IMG/VR virus record: IMGVR_UViG_3300012359_000001
Coordinates: 38,417-102,416 of that record
Source: a virus
Taxonomy: Duplodnaviria > Heunggongvirae > Uroviricota > Caudoviricetes
Direction: 5' to 3' (one strand)
DNA length: 64,000 nt
The position numbers were made by a program, and so were the translations under genes. The notes under the pieces were generated by a model. It saw only the letters and a program-made list of their open reading frames with translations, had not been told where the DNA came from and made no database searches. This document shows, piece after piece, positions 19,195 to 26,915 of the stretch; within the stretch, counting starts at the first letter, position 1, and every line of letters begins with the position of its first letter.

Positions 19195-19472
19195 GATAGG
19201 TACACATTCCCATTCTTCACAACGGAATGCAAGAGCGTAACGCTTGCTCTGTTCTCTGTCCAACTGGAAACATTGCTCACGGTGAGATATAGCGTACTCA
19301 CAGTATACCCGATCGTTGGCTTGAATGCTGTGTATCCGTCTCTACGCATCGCTATGGATCTTCTCACGTACTCTGAGACAGTTTCATGCTGTTGTGTAGA
19401 GACGTTCCTGATAGCTTCCATCTCATCATTAGGCAACCGAAATGCAATTATGTTTGACTTCTGCTCACTCAT
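19191..19472 (-). CDS. Hypothetical protein with a ribbon-helix-helix-like N-terminus
   Basis: IIAFRLPNDEMEAIRNV...YVRRSI resembles RHH DNA-binding motifs. Confidence 0.3.
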   Translation of the reverse strand: MSEQKSNIIAFRLPNDEMEAIRNVSTQQHETVSEYVRRSIAMRRDGYTAFKPTIGYTVSTLYLTVSNVSSWTENRASVTLLHSVVKNGNVYLS

Positions 19473-19699
19473 GCGCTACACAACCTCTCTGCTATGGCTT
19501 GATTGAGATCACGTACATACCCTTCAGCAATCCAGAAAAGATAGTCACGATGATCATTATTCTTGACATACTCTCGTAGTATCATCCAGTTGACACCAAT
19601 AATACCGCCGCCGATATACTTTCTTATCCGCAACACCCCTGCAAAGGCAGATACCTCAAATCCTTGCTCATGGAAGTAGGTAGCCAGCGCTTCAATCAT
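19469..19699 (-). CDS. Hypothetical protein
   Basis: 76-aa ORF. Confidence 0.3.
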   Translation of the reverse strand: MIEALATYFHEQGFEVSAFAGVLRIRKYIGGGIIGVNWMILREYVKNNDHRDYLFWIAEGYVRDLNQAIAERLCSA

Positions 19700-20025
19700 G
19701 GGATTATTCCCTTATCAGCCATCCGTTTCGTCAACTCGCCACCATCAATAGTACAAATACATATCGGATGTTCAGGCGGTACCTCTGCTTGCTCAGCAAT
19801 CTCAATCAAGCGGTCAATATAAAACCGCGCCTTCTTGAGATCAGCAATCCCATCCTTCCGTTGCCAGCGAGAAACATACTTGATGATATTGCCCTCATGA
19901 AAGCCTATCCCGTTTGCCTCTATGTAGCACAATGGGTCAATCTTCATGGTCCGATAGTGCTGGCTGTCAGGCGGGATTGCATCAGTCATGTTCACCCCAC
20001 ACGTGCTTATTCCACTCATCCTCAA
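19696..20025 (-). CDS. DUF3310-like phage protein
   Basis: NGIGFHEGNIIKYVSRWQRKDGIADLKKARFYIDRLIE matches the DUF3310 pattern. Confidence 0.5.
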   Translation of the reverse strand: MRMSGISTCGVNMTDAIPPDSQHYRTMKIDPLCYIEANGIGFHEGNIIKYVSRWQRKDGIADLKKARFYIDRLIEIAEQAEVPPEHPICICTIDGGELTKRMADKGIIP

Positions 20026-20281
20026 CAGGCGGCGGGTCTATCGCTTGCCCCTCGTCAGGCTTGCCGCAACAGGGACAGATGTGTTGTATCTCAGCATCGG
20101 CAATCAGATCAAGCACAGTACTGTAGCAAGTCAGTTTTGCCGTGATGAGTTGGTTCGCGTTGAAATCAATCTCCACACGAAACACATTGTCGATACTCTC
20201 CCCTGTATCGGCGTCAGTGACTCTTGCCTTGTAGCCGACAGTGTCCTCGCTTGCAATACGTACACGTTTCAAGGCTTTCAC
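19982..20281 (-). CDS. Hypothetical protein, family copy 2 (KRVRI...DADTGESI..VEIDF)
   Basis: Paralogous to 7949-8233 and 20515-20859. Confidence 0.4.
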   Translation of the reverse strand: MKALKRVRIASEDTVGYKARVTDADTGESIDNVFRVEIDFNANQLITAKLTCYSTVLDLIADAEIQHICPCCGKPDEGQAIDPPPVEDEWNKHVWGEHD

Positions 20282-20284
20282 TCC

Positions 20285-20515
20285 TTACGACTCTGCATCA
20301 ACCCACTCTATACATGTTGCCCCGCTTGCGCTAACAGTCTCTTGCATAATCGGCTTTGGTCCTAATTTTCCTTCACTCCATCGTAATGAGTACCCTTCAG
20401 GGGTCATAAGGAACTCTAGAATATCCTCTGGTGAGTGTCCTAGCGACTCTACCCATGACGCAAGATAGGGATAGCATTTCAATGTGTGCAAAGGTGGCAC
20501 GTGCAAAATAGCCAC
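20285..20515 (-). CDS. Hypothetical protein
   Basis: 76-aa ORF. Confidence 0.3.
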   Translation of the reverse strand: MAILHVPPLHTLKCYPYLASWVESLGHSPEDILEFLMTPEGYSLRWSEGKLGPKPIMQETVSASGATCIEWVDAES

Positions 20516-20859
20516 TATAGGAGACTCCTTTTCTGGATATACTCAGCATTCCACTTCTCATAGGCTACTAAATCAATCTCCGGATCTGCTACACGCAACT
20601 TCCCCATGATAGGCTTACGGTCATCGTCTAACCAGTCACCCGTTGAGAGGATAGCGCCCTTCTCGTCTGTCTCATAGTAGGTTAGCTCTGCCTCATTGAG
20701 TTCCCCAGGGCGTAGATAGATGACAATACAAGCCACATGAGGAACAAACTCACCTGTATCGAGATCCCATACAGAGATGCCATACCCGCATTCAGCATGA
20801 GTACCTTTTCCCTCGATACGTATTTTTCTCTTGTAGTGAGACTGCTGCTTGTCACTCAT
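20515..20859 (-). CDS. Hypothetical protein, family copy 3 (RKIRIEG...WDLDTGEFV)
   Basis: Paralog. Start set at the internal MSDKQQ; the longer upstream extension is hydrophobic and may be a signal peptide or membrane anchor. Confidence 0.4.
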   Translation of the reverse strand: MSDKQQSHYKRKIRIEGKGTHAECGYGISVWDLDTGEFVPHVACIVIYLRPGELNEAELTYYETDEKGAILSTGDWLDDDRKPIMGKLRVADPEIDLVAYEKWNAEYIQKRSLL

Positions 20860-21136
20860 TGACAATACTCCCCTTATTGAAAACAGGGATACACCCACAA
20901 ACGAGAGCATAATCAGCCACTTGAGCCAGCGTAATATCAGGCTTAGGTGAGTTCTCCCACTGCATAATCTTGCGAGAGGAAGCACCCATTCGCAATGCAA
21001 CTGTTTCTATTGGCAAGCAGGAGGCAATACGTACTTCCCGTAATCTTTCCATCAGGAAGCAAGTCAAGCAGTCCTGACTCATAAATACTTCCTTCGCTCT
21101 CGCTTCTTCCGTCGTTGCATTCGCCGCTTGACACAC
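20852..21136 (-). CDS. XRE-type HTH protein
   Basis: IETVALRMGASSRKIMQWENSPKPDITLAQVADYA is a helix-turn-helix. The true start is probably an internal Met (about 21052). Confidence 0.4.
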   Translation of the reverse strand: MCQAANATTEEARAKEVFMSQDCLTCFLMERLREVRIASCLPIETVALRMGASSRKIMQWENSPKPDITLAQVADYALVCGCIPVFNKGSIVNE

Positions 21137-21393
21137 TTCCTGACTTTACGAGAGGGGAGCACATACGCTTTACTACAATGCCGCCACCACTTCATTGTAC
21201 GATAGGTTCTTGCGGGTATCATCCATTGTACAGGTGCCTCAGTCTTGAGATCACTTGCTAAACGTAACACATCGTCGGCAGTAAGGCTGCATCCTGAGAT
21301 CCTGTAGTCACTTGCCAGATCGTAGACTGTTTCGTCATCCATACCTCTATGATACACGTCTATAGCCAATCGAGTTAATGCTTGCTCGTTCAA
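21079..21393 (-). CDS. Hypothetical protein with a strongly basic C-terminus
   Basis: C-terminus KVRKCVKRRMQRRKKRERRKYL. Confidence 0.3.
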   Translation of the reverse strand: MNEQALTRLAIDVYHRGMDDETVYDLASDYRISGCSLTADDVLRLASDLKTEAPVQWMIPARTYRTMKWWRHCSKAYVLPSRKVRKCVKRRMQRRKKRERRKYL

Positions 21394-21396
21394 TGA

Positions 21397-21768
21397 TTAT
21401 TCCTTTGTACTGTCAGGAAAAAATGAGAGGTCTAATGCACATTCCCCATGTCCGATTGAGATGGTATAGGCGATTCTCCCATACCTTCTGTGCGTAGGTT
21501 CACCGATTTGTCTGATTGCATACCCGTCAGTTATTTCTCTGATAACATCCTCTGCTGGTGAGAGGGTTTCAGACCAGGGGATAGCGATGAGATCAAAGTC
21601 TTTTGCAAGGCTCCCATGAACAGCAAGTGCGTACCCATGCCTTTGAAATATCTTTGCCAGTTCAGGGTACAGCGCGGCGGCATACACGGGCGCATAGTTC
21701 GGCTTAATCTGCTCAGCCTCTTTCATCTCATCATTCGTCTCCATAGCCATGTGACGACGCCCAGGCAA
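21397..21768 (-). CDS. Hypothetical protein
   Basis: 123 aa. Overlaps the terL start by 38 nt. Confidence 0.35.
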   Translation of the reverse strand: MPGRRHMAMETNDEMKEAEQIKPNYAPVYAAALYPELAKIFQRHGYALAVHGSLAKDFDLIAIPWSETLSPAEDVIREITDGYAIRQIGEPTHRRYGRIAYTISIGHGECALDLSFFPDSTKE

Positions 21769-23110
21769 ACGGGTCTATCCGTTCAATCTCTGCAATCGTT
21801 GGTATCAGTACGGTTGTTGAGGTGACTTCTTCACCTCTCAATGGGACATTAGGACAAAACTTGTACGCGCATAAGTAGCGTTCACAATCTTTTGCATGAT
21901 CAAACTTCTTCACTGGTGCTTCATTCACTTTTTTACCATTAGAGGTATCCCAGATGTAATTCTCAAATTCAGCTTCAGAGCAAATAGGCAAACTTTGTTT
22001 CTGTAGCACCGGATCGACTTCTACTAGACTATCCCGTAAGAAGTACATGCCTGCTCGTCCGTTGGCATTCGGGCGTAATCTTGCTTGCATTTCTTGTATA
22101 CCCACTGACACCGCTTTGTTTGCAGCCAGGGTGCTATATCCAGTATAGCGTTCAAGCGTAGCGCGGTCTTCAGCATTATGATCGCAAATAATTGCAGATG
22201 GAGGTGGTTCACCCTGTGTTATCTGCATGATCAGTTTTGCGTGGTCTTCTACTAGTGTACCGGTCTTATAAATCTCATGGTAGCGGTACAGTTCGTCGTC
22301 GGGTGACTCGGCCCAGGCTTGCCATACAAACGGGTTGCGAAAGCCAAAGTCTACCACCCAATAACGCGGCCAATCGGCAGGGATATCAAAACGGTTGACA
22401 ATGTGCAGAGCAGGGTTCCATTCCTCCTCATACACCATACCCTCAGAGCTGGCCCAGATACCTTTACGCAACCGTAAGTACAGCACCCCTGATAACGCGT
22501 CTAACGTGGCAAGGTCTTCAGCAGTGCAGGCAGGGTTATCTTCATGCTTGCTATCAAGGAGCAACGTCTTACCCGCGTCACAGCGTTGTTTGAGCCAATG
22601 GTTAGCAGGACCAGGGTTACAGTCTCCAAGCAATTGCTGGTAGGGCATGACGTGATTACGTAGTCGTGATGTGAGGCTTTCCCAATCCACTTGATCCAGT
22701 TCTATCGCCTCTTGCGGATAGATAAAATCCCACTCTGATGACATGATCTTTTGTGGATCATCTAACCCGCCCACGGCTATGATACTCCCGTTGGGATACT
22801 CATATTGCTGATCAGTCACATTGAAGCGTATCAGGCTGCCGAGCCAGCCTTGCGGTAATACCTTCGTCTCATACGTCACCATAGCGGTTTGTGTGAGACT
22901 TTTGCGCGTTTTACGTACCATCAAGCCGCGCATACCCTTATACTTGTCAGCACAGTAATGCAGCTTTTCTATGGCACACCTAGATTTTCCAGTATTTGCC
23001 GCTCCGCACAAAAGCAACTCCCTACGAGCTGAGCGCCATGCTTTAAGAGCACCGCCGAAGGGTTGATACGGGCGCTTCTCTTTGACGTAGGAAGAGGCAA
23101 GAGTGATCAC
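21731..23110 (-). CDS. terL: Terminase large subunit
   Basis: Walker A-like LLCGAANTGKS near the N-terminus. 459 aa with a C-terminal nuclease-like region. The small subunit gene lies immediately upstream. Confidence 0.85.
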   Translation of the reverse strand: MITLASSYVKEKRPYQPFGGALKAWRSARRELLLCGAANTGKSRCAIEKLHYCADKYKGMRGLMVRKTRKSLTQTAMVTYETKVLPQGWLGSLIRFNVTDQQYEYPNGSIIAVGGLDDPQKIMSSEWDFIYPQEAIELDQVDWESLTSRLRNHVMPYQQLLGDCNPGPANHWLKQRCDAGKTLLLDSKHEDNPACTAEDLATLDALSGVLYLRLRKGIWASSEGMVYEEEWNPALHIVNRFDIPADWPRYWVVDFGFRNPFVWQAWAESPDDELYRYHEIYKTGTLVEDHAKLIMQITQGEPPPSAIICDHNAEDRATLERYTGYSTLAANKAVSVGIQEMQARLRPNANGRAGMYFLRDSLVEVDPVLQKQSLPICSEAEFENYIWDTSNGKKVNEAPVKKFDHAKDCERYLCAYKFCPNVPLRGEEVTSTTVLIPTIAEIERIDPFAWASSHGYGDE

Positions 23111-23613
23111 TTCTCAATACCATCCTGAGCAGGGTCAAAGGTGTACTCTTTGGGGAGCGTTTCAACCGTGATATGTTGCCTGTCTCGATATTCACTCATT
23201 CTGGATTTGGCGTGAAAGATCAAAAGAGTGTCGCTTTTCTCTCGATAGGTGAGCGGCTTCCCATCTGCACCATACACCAGTTTGCCTTGCGCAACCACAA
23301 ACCGTTCCTCTCCAAACATGCCACGCCTGAATATCTCAGCACGTATAGCATCGTCAACATCGGCTTTTGCAAGGGCGTACTTCATGTTGAACGCTTCATC
23401 ATGCTCTGCCCACTTGTGAACCGTTGAACGGTCAATGCCAGCAGACATGCAGGCCGCTCGTACATTGCCGTTGGAGGCAAACGCTTTCAAGAATTTCTCT
23501 TGTGTCTCCGCAACTTCTTCTTTGGTGAGTCTTACCCCTTTGCGGCGTACTGATGTACGTACATGGCTACGTGCGTTTTTTGTGTGTGTTGACGTGTTGG
23601 TGTGATCAGACAT
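23107..23613 (-). CDS. terS: Terminase small subunit (HTH)
   Basis: NVRAACMSAGIDRSTVHKWAEHD is an HTH typical of terS. Start set at the ATG at 23613 with a GAGAGGG RBS. Confidence 0.6.
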   Translation of the reverse strand: MSDHTNTSTHTKNARSHVRTSVRRKGVRLTKEEVAETQEKFLKAFASNGNVRAACMSAGIDRSTVHKWAEHDEAFNMKYALAKADVDDAIRAEIFRRGMFGEERFVVAQGKLVYGADGKPLTYREKSDTLLIFHAKSRMSEYRDRQHITVETLPKEYTFDPAQDGIEK

Positions 23614-23675
23614 AAAACTACCCTCTCGTATGCATACTATTGCCAGTATAGACGAGAGGGCAAAGAACAAACAAA

Positions 23676-24104
23676 TTAAAATGAGAATGGATGCTGTATC
23701 TGACGAGGGGCAAACACTATCTCCTCTGGCACCTCGAAGAGTGTTTGCCTCCCTCGATAGGGCACAAATGGTAATGCGAGTGGGTGGGACAGTACCCACC
23801 CGTAGAGGCCGCAAAACCAGGGACTTGCGTTCTCTGTTACAATATCCACCAGATCGACAATTCCAATGATCCCGCCTGTCGGGTGGTGCTCACTCCTGAA
23901 TTGTACAAAGGTTTTTTCATCAATAATCCGCGCTATTTGCTCGTATCCTTCAGGATCAATCGTCTTACTGGCGTGTATCAACAACGGTCCTCGGTAGGGA
24001 GTAGTCCAGGTACGGTTCTCTATATGCTTCCACCCCTTTATGATGACGGAAGCCCACGGCTGACGGACGCTAATACAGCGAATACAGCGAATACGCATAC
24101 ACAC
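23676..24104 (-). CDS. ASCH domain protein
   Basis: ISVRQPWASVIIKGWKHIENRTW...GPLLIHASK matches the ASCH pattern. The N-terminus is encoded by a 9-bp tandem repeat. Confidence 0.55.
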   Translation of the reverse strand: MCMRIRCIRCISVRQPWASVIIKGWKHIENRTWTTPYRGPLLIHASKTIDPEGYEQIARIIDEKTFVQFRSEHHPTGGIIGIVDLVDIVTENASPWFCGLYGWVLSHPLALPFVPYRGRQTLFEVPEEIVFAPRQIQHPFSF

Positions 24105-24107
24105 TCT

Positions 24108-24172
24108 CCTTTCTACGGATAATAGAGAGAAGGGAGGAAACTGCTCCCTTCTCTCTATTATCCGTAGAAAGG
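24108..24172. repeat. Perfect 29-bp inverted repeat with a 7-nt loop (65-nt hairpin or cruciform)
   Basis: CCTTTCTACGGATAATAGAGAGAAGGGAG (24108-24136), loop gaaactg, then the exact reverse complement at 24144-24172. Confidence 0.9.
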
Positions 24173-24179
24173 TACCAGA

Positions 24180-25355
24180 CTAACGGGCAGCGTCCATTTG
24201 CATAACTACCGCCTCAAACCCAGGAACACGGTCAAGCGTGAGAGAGGATGCATGATGTTTCGTTGTCCAGGCACAATAGAGCATCGACGCAGGTGCAACA
24301 CTACACACATCAATCAGGTATTGGTAGTTGTAGATACCTTCCAACTCCTTGCCCTCAGTCGCCGCACTCACCAACACACTCATTGGCTCAACCATCCCAT
24401 CCCGTTTTGCTTTCACGTTGAGCGTTCCGTCATGTGGATACAGCCGAACGATGTTGCTATTGTCTTTCGCAATCGGCGCAATAGCAAGCAACGCAGCCTT
24501 GAGTGATGTACTTTCGACAAGAAGCGATGTCTCAAGATCGTCTGTTTTAGGAATAATCTGCTCGTAGCGCGGATAATTCGCCTCAATTTCACGAATATGG
24601 GAGGTGAGTATTCCGCAAGTGAGTGTCGCAAAAGCAGAGGAGAGAGAAGACAACGTGATCTCCCCTTGTTTGGGCATCCGTTTTACCATCTCAAACAAGG
24701 ATCGGGCAGGGAGTAATAGATCACGATCCCAACTCCCCGCACCTACAAGGGTTTCGCGCATCAAGTGAAGACGATGTTGATCACAGGCTACAAGAGTAAG
24801 TACGTCTTGACGTAAACGGAAGAGTATTCCACTAAAAACAGGGCGGGTATCATCCTCTGCCGCCGCAGGGTAGACTGCGTTCACCATCTGCCGAAAGGTA
24901 GCAACTGGCAGACTCACACACGACTCGGGCAGACGGTTCTCCTCTTTCACGGATGGCTCAAAGGGATACTCATCTGCATCAATCGTGGGAAGTGAGACGG
25001 TCATGTCTGCCCCGCTAATGAGCACACTATCCTCTTGAGCGACAAGCGTAAGCGTGGATTTCTTCAAGGGTTTGATAATATCTAGTAACTCTTTATAGTT
25101 GACAGTGAACACTCCATCGCTCTGTACGTAGGCGGCAAGTTCTACTTTTGAGTAGACTTCCAGGTTGGTCGCGGCAATCGTAAGAAACGGATGACGTGCC
25201 TCGATCTTGACATTTGTAAGAATAGGGAGCGTTGAACGTTTTGCAAGTGCAGATGAGATGCTAACAAGCGCATCTGCCAGCACTTTTTGATCAATCGTAA
25301 AAGTTGTAGGGGATGCGACAGGGAGAACAGTCTCTTTCATCGTAACTGTAGTCAT
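24180..25355 (-). CDS. dnaN: DNA polymerase III beta subunit (sliding clamp)
   Basis: FTIDQKVLADALVSISSALAKRSTLPILTNVKIEA...LTIAATNLEV and an overall three-domain clamp pattern. 391 aa. Confidence 0.85.
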   Translation of the reverse strand: MTTVTMKETVLPVASPTTFTIDQKVLADALVSISSALAKRSTLPILTNVKIEARHPFLTIAATNLEVYSKVELAAYVQSDGVFTVNYKELLDIIKPLKKSTLTLVAQEDSVLISGADMTVSLPTIDADEYPFEPSVKEENRLPESCVSLPVATFRQMVNAVYPAAAEDDTRPVFSGILFRLRQDVLTLVACDQHRLHLMRETLVGAGSWDRDLLLPARSLFEMVKRMPKQGEITLSSLSSAFATLTCGILTSHIREIEANYPRYEQIIPKTDDLETSLLVESTSLKAALLAIAPIAKDNSNIVRLYPHDGTLNVKAKRDGMVEPMSVLVSAATEGKELEGIYNYQYLIDVCSVAPASMLYCAWTTKHHASSLTLDRVPGFEAVVMQMDAAR

Positions 25356-25405
25356 TAGGGTTCCTTCTTTTCTTGTAGTATAGGAAACTTCTTTTCTCTA
25401 CACGT

Positions 25406-25511
25406 AGTATATCATACGTACGTATATGTGTCAAGTGGCTTTACAGGCGGTTTTTGCGGTACTTTGAAAAACCATTTAGAGGTTGACAAACGTACGTATA
25501 TGTGGTAAGGT
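25406..25511. promoter_or_regulatory. Divergent promoter pair, each with the same palindromic operator (ACGTACGTATATGTG) in the spacer
   Basis: Minus strand: TTGACA (rc of 25429-25434), 17-nt spacer, TATACT (rc of 25406-25411). Plus strand: TTGACA 25483-25488, 17-nt spacer, TAAGGT 25506-25511. Operator copies at 25416-25430 and 25490-25504. Confidence 0.5.
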
Positions 25512-25532
25512 AAGAGAGAGGAGAGGTGCACC

Positions 25533-25721
25533 ATGAAAACAGGGCGAACCAAAGTCTATGCCGACGCACAGCCATTTGATATAAAAAATCTTTCTGCCGA
25601 TCTGAAGAAGAAGTTTGAGGAAGGGCAAGTTCGATACAAAGAAAGGACAGGGCAAGAAATGACGAGACGGGGATATCTTGAGCATTTGCTCAGAACACAC
25701 CCCGAATTGCAGAAGGACTAA
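25533..25721 (+). CDS. Hypothetical small protein
   Basis: 62 aa with a strong GAGAGGAGAGG RBS, downstream of the plus-strand promoter. Confidence 0.4.
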   Translation: MKTGRTKVYADAQPFDIKNLSADLKKKFEEGQVRYKERTGQEMTRRGYLEHLLRTHPELQKD

Positions 25722-26419
25722 ATTCGTATACGTCCGTGGTCATGCCAAAGGTGCTGTCGCTTCCAAGCGTGATTACGGACTGGTTCACGATACATCCTCC
25801 CTTTGAAAGACACGACGCCCTCACGCGCCTGCTCATCAAAGTAGTAGTCCTCGCTATCCCACGGTGTACGCCCCTCACGCTCAGGTGCCAGCAGTAACTC
25901 ACCTTCCACCAACTTCTGCATACAGGATGACTGTCCGACGCAAAAATGTCCGATTCGACGCTTTCCGTAAACCGCTAATGACTTGAACGCTAGCCATAAC
26001 CCTGCGGCAGTATCCCCAATGTAAAAGGGTAGATAAGGACCATATTCCAGCCAACTTCGGCATTGTGCCAGCATATCAAAGGACACTTCCCCTACTTCAC
26101 TGCGTAGTGACACCCACACACATTGCATTTCATCGGCTAATTGCGCAGGGTCAACGTCCCACTTTTCTAGCGTCTGTGGGCGAAAGTTATCAAGCACGAT
26201 ATCAGGATAATCCAGGGGATGCAGATCAAGAAGCGAGAGGATATTCTTCTCTTCCATCTGCTTACCCGCATTAATCCATTCCCACAACTCATCACCCTGG
26301 CGCAAGCCAAGTATCGGATCTTTGCCAGTATGCCACTTTGTAACTTCGCATCCCTGCTCGGCCAAGATCATGCCAGCGTAGGCAACGCTTACATAATTGC
26401 CCAATTCAAGAACGCGCAT
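25718..26419 (-). CDS. CoA-transferase family III (CaiB/BaiF)-like protein, short form
   Basis: N-terminus MRVLELGNYVSVAYAGMILAEQGCEVTKWHTGKD aligns with the CaiB/BaiF N-terminal fold (kVLD..G..aGP....LA..GA.ViKiE). It is only 233 aa, against about 400 aa for canonical enzymes. Confidence 0.45.
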   Translation of the reverse strand: MRVLELGNYVSVAYAGMILAEQGCEVTKWHTGKDPILGLRQGDELWEWINAGKQMEEKNILSLLDLHPLDYPDIVLDNFRPQTLEKWDVDPAQLADEMQCVWVSLRSEVGEVSFDMLAQCRSWLEYGPYLPFYIGDTAAGLWLAFKSLAVYGKRRIGHFCVGQSSCMQKLVEGELLLAPEREGRTPWDSEDYYFDEQAREGVVSFKGRMYREPVRNHAWKRQHLWHDHGRIRI

Positions 26420-26756
26420 ACTGCAACACCTCCTGTACCTGATTATCAGGAGTACAGTATACGACGGTCACACCACTGAACACTTCTTCCTGACGATAGG
26501 CAATCACAATACACGTATCTCCCACTTCACCAAGACGAGCGCCGCCGCCATTGAGAGTAAACACACCCTCCTCAGATGGCAGGGCATATGTTACCCACCT
26601 GTTGCCATTCGAGAGGTTGACAATATGTACTTGCTCATAGGGATCGATGCCTGCAATCTTAAGCAAAGAGGCATCGATACTCGCCGAGCCATGATACCTC
26701 AAACTTTTATCGGTTACGTACAGATTATGGAGTTTTGCACTTACAAACGTTTTCAC
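26406..26756 (-). CDS. panD: Aspartate 1-decarboxylase (pyruvoyl-dependent)
   Basis: MKTFVSAKLHNLYVTDKSLRYHG|SASID...NGNRWVTYAL...NGGGARLGEVGD aligns along the full length of PanD. The Gly-Ser self-cleavage site and the Lys9, His11, Arg54, Thr57 and Tyr58 equivalents are present. Confidence 0.8.
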   Translation of the reverse strand: MKTFVSAKLHNLYVTDKSLRYHGSASIDASLLKIAGIDPYEQVHIVNLSNGNRWVTYALPSEEGVFTLNGGGARLGEVGDTCIVIAYRQEEVFSGVTVVYCTPDNQVQEVLQYARS

Positions 26757-26915
26757 GTAACAACCTTCTACTATTGTTCAATGGCTCTACATGTTGCGAG
26801 ATACTAGAATTCACCAACCATCGCGGGAGGAAAGACGCATGGATTGTGTCACTTCCTCAAAAAGTTGTCGTAGCATCTCCTGAGCCACTTTACCACACAG
26901 AGAACAAATATTCTC

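Noticed and set aside
24069-24098. 9-bp tandem repeat (TATTCGCTG x3) as a VNTR or regulatory element
   Set aside because: It encodes the RIRCIRCI N-terminus of the ASCH protein. It was noted only as a slippage-prone coding repeat.
24108-24172. Telomere-resolution (protelomerase) target site as an explanation of the 29-bp palindrome
   Set aside because: Protelomerase sites are dyad-symmetric through the centre. This one has a 7-nt asymmetric loop, and no tyrosine recombinase or protelomerase gene is present in the window.
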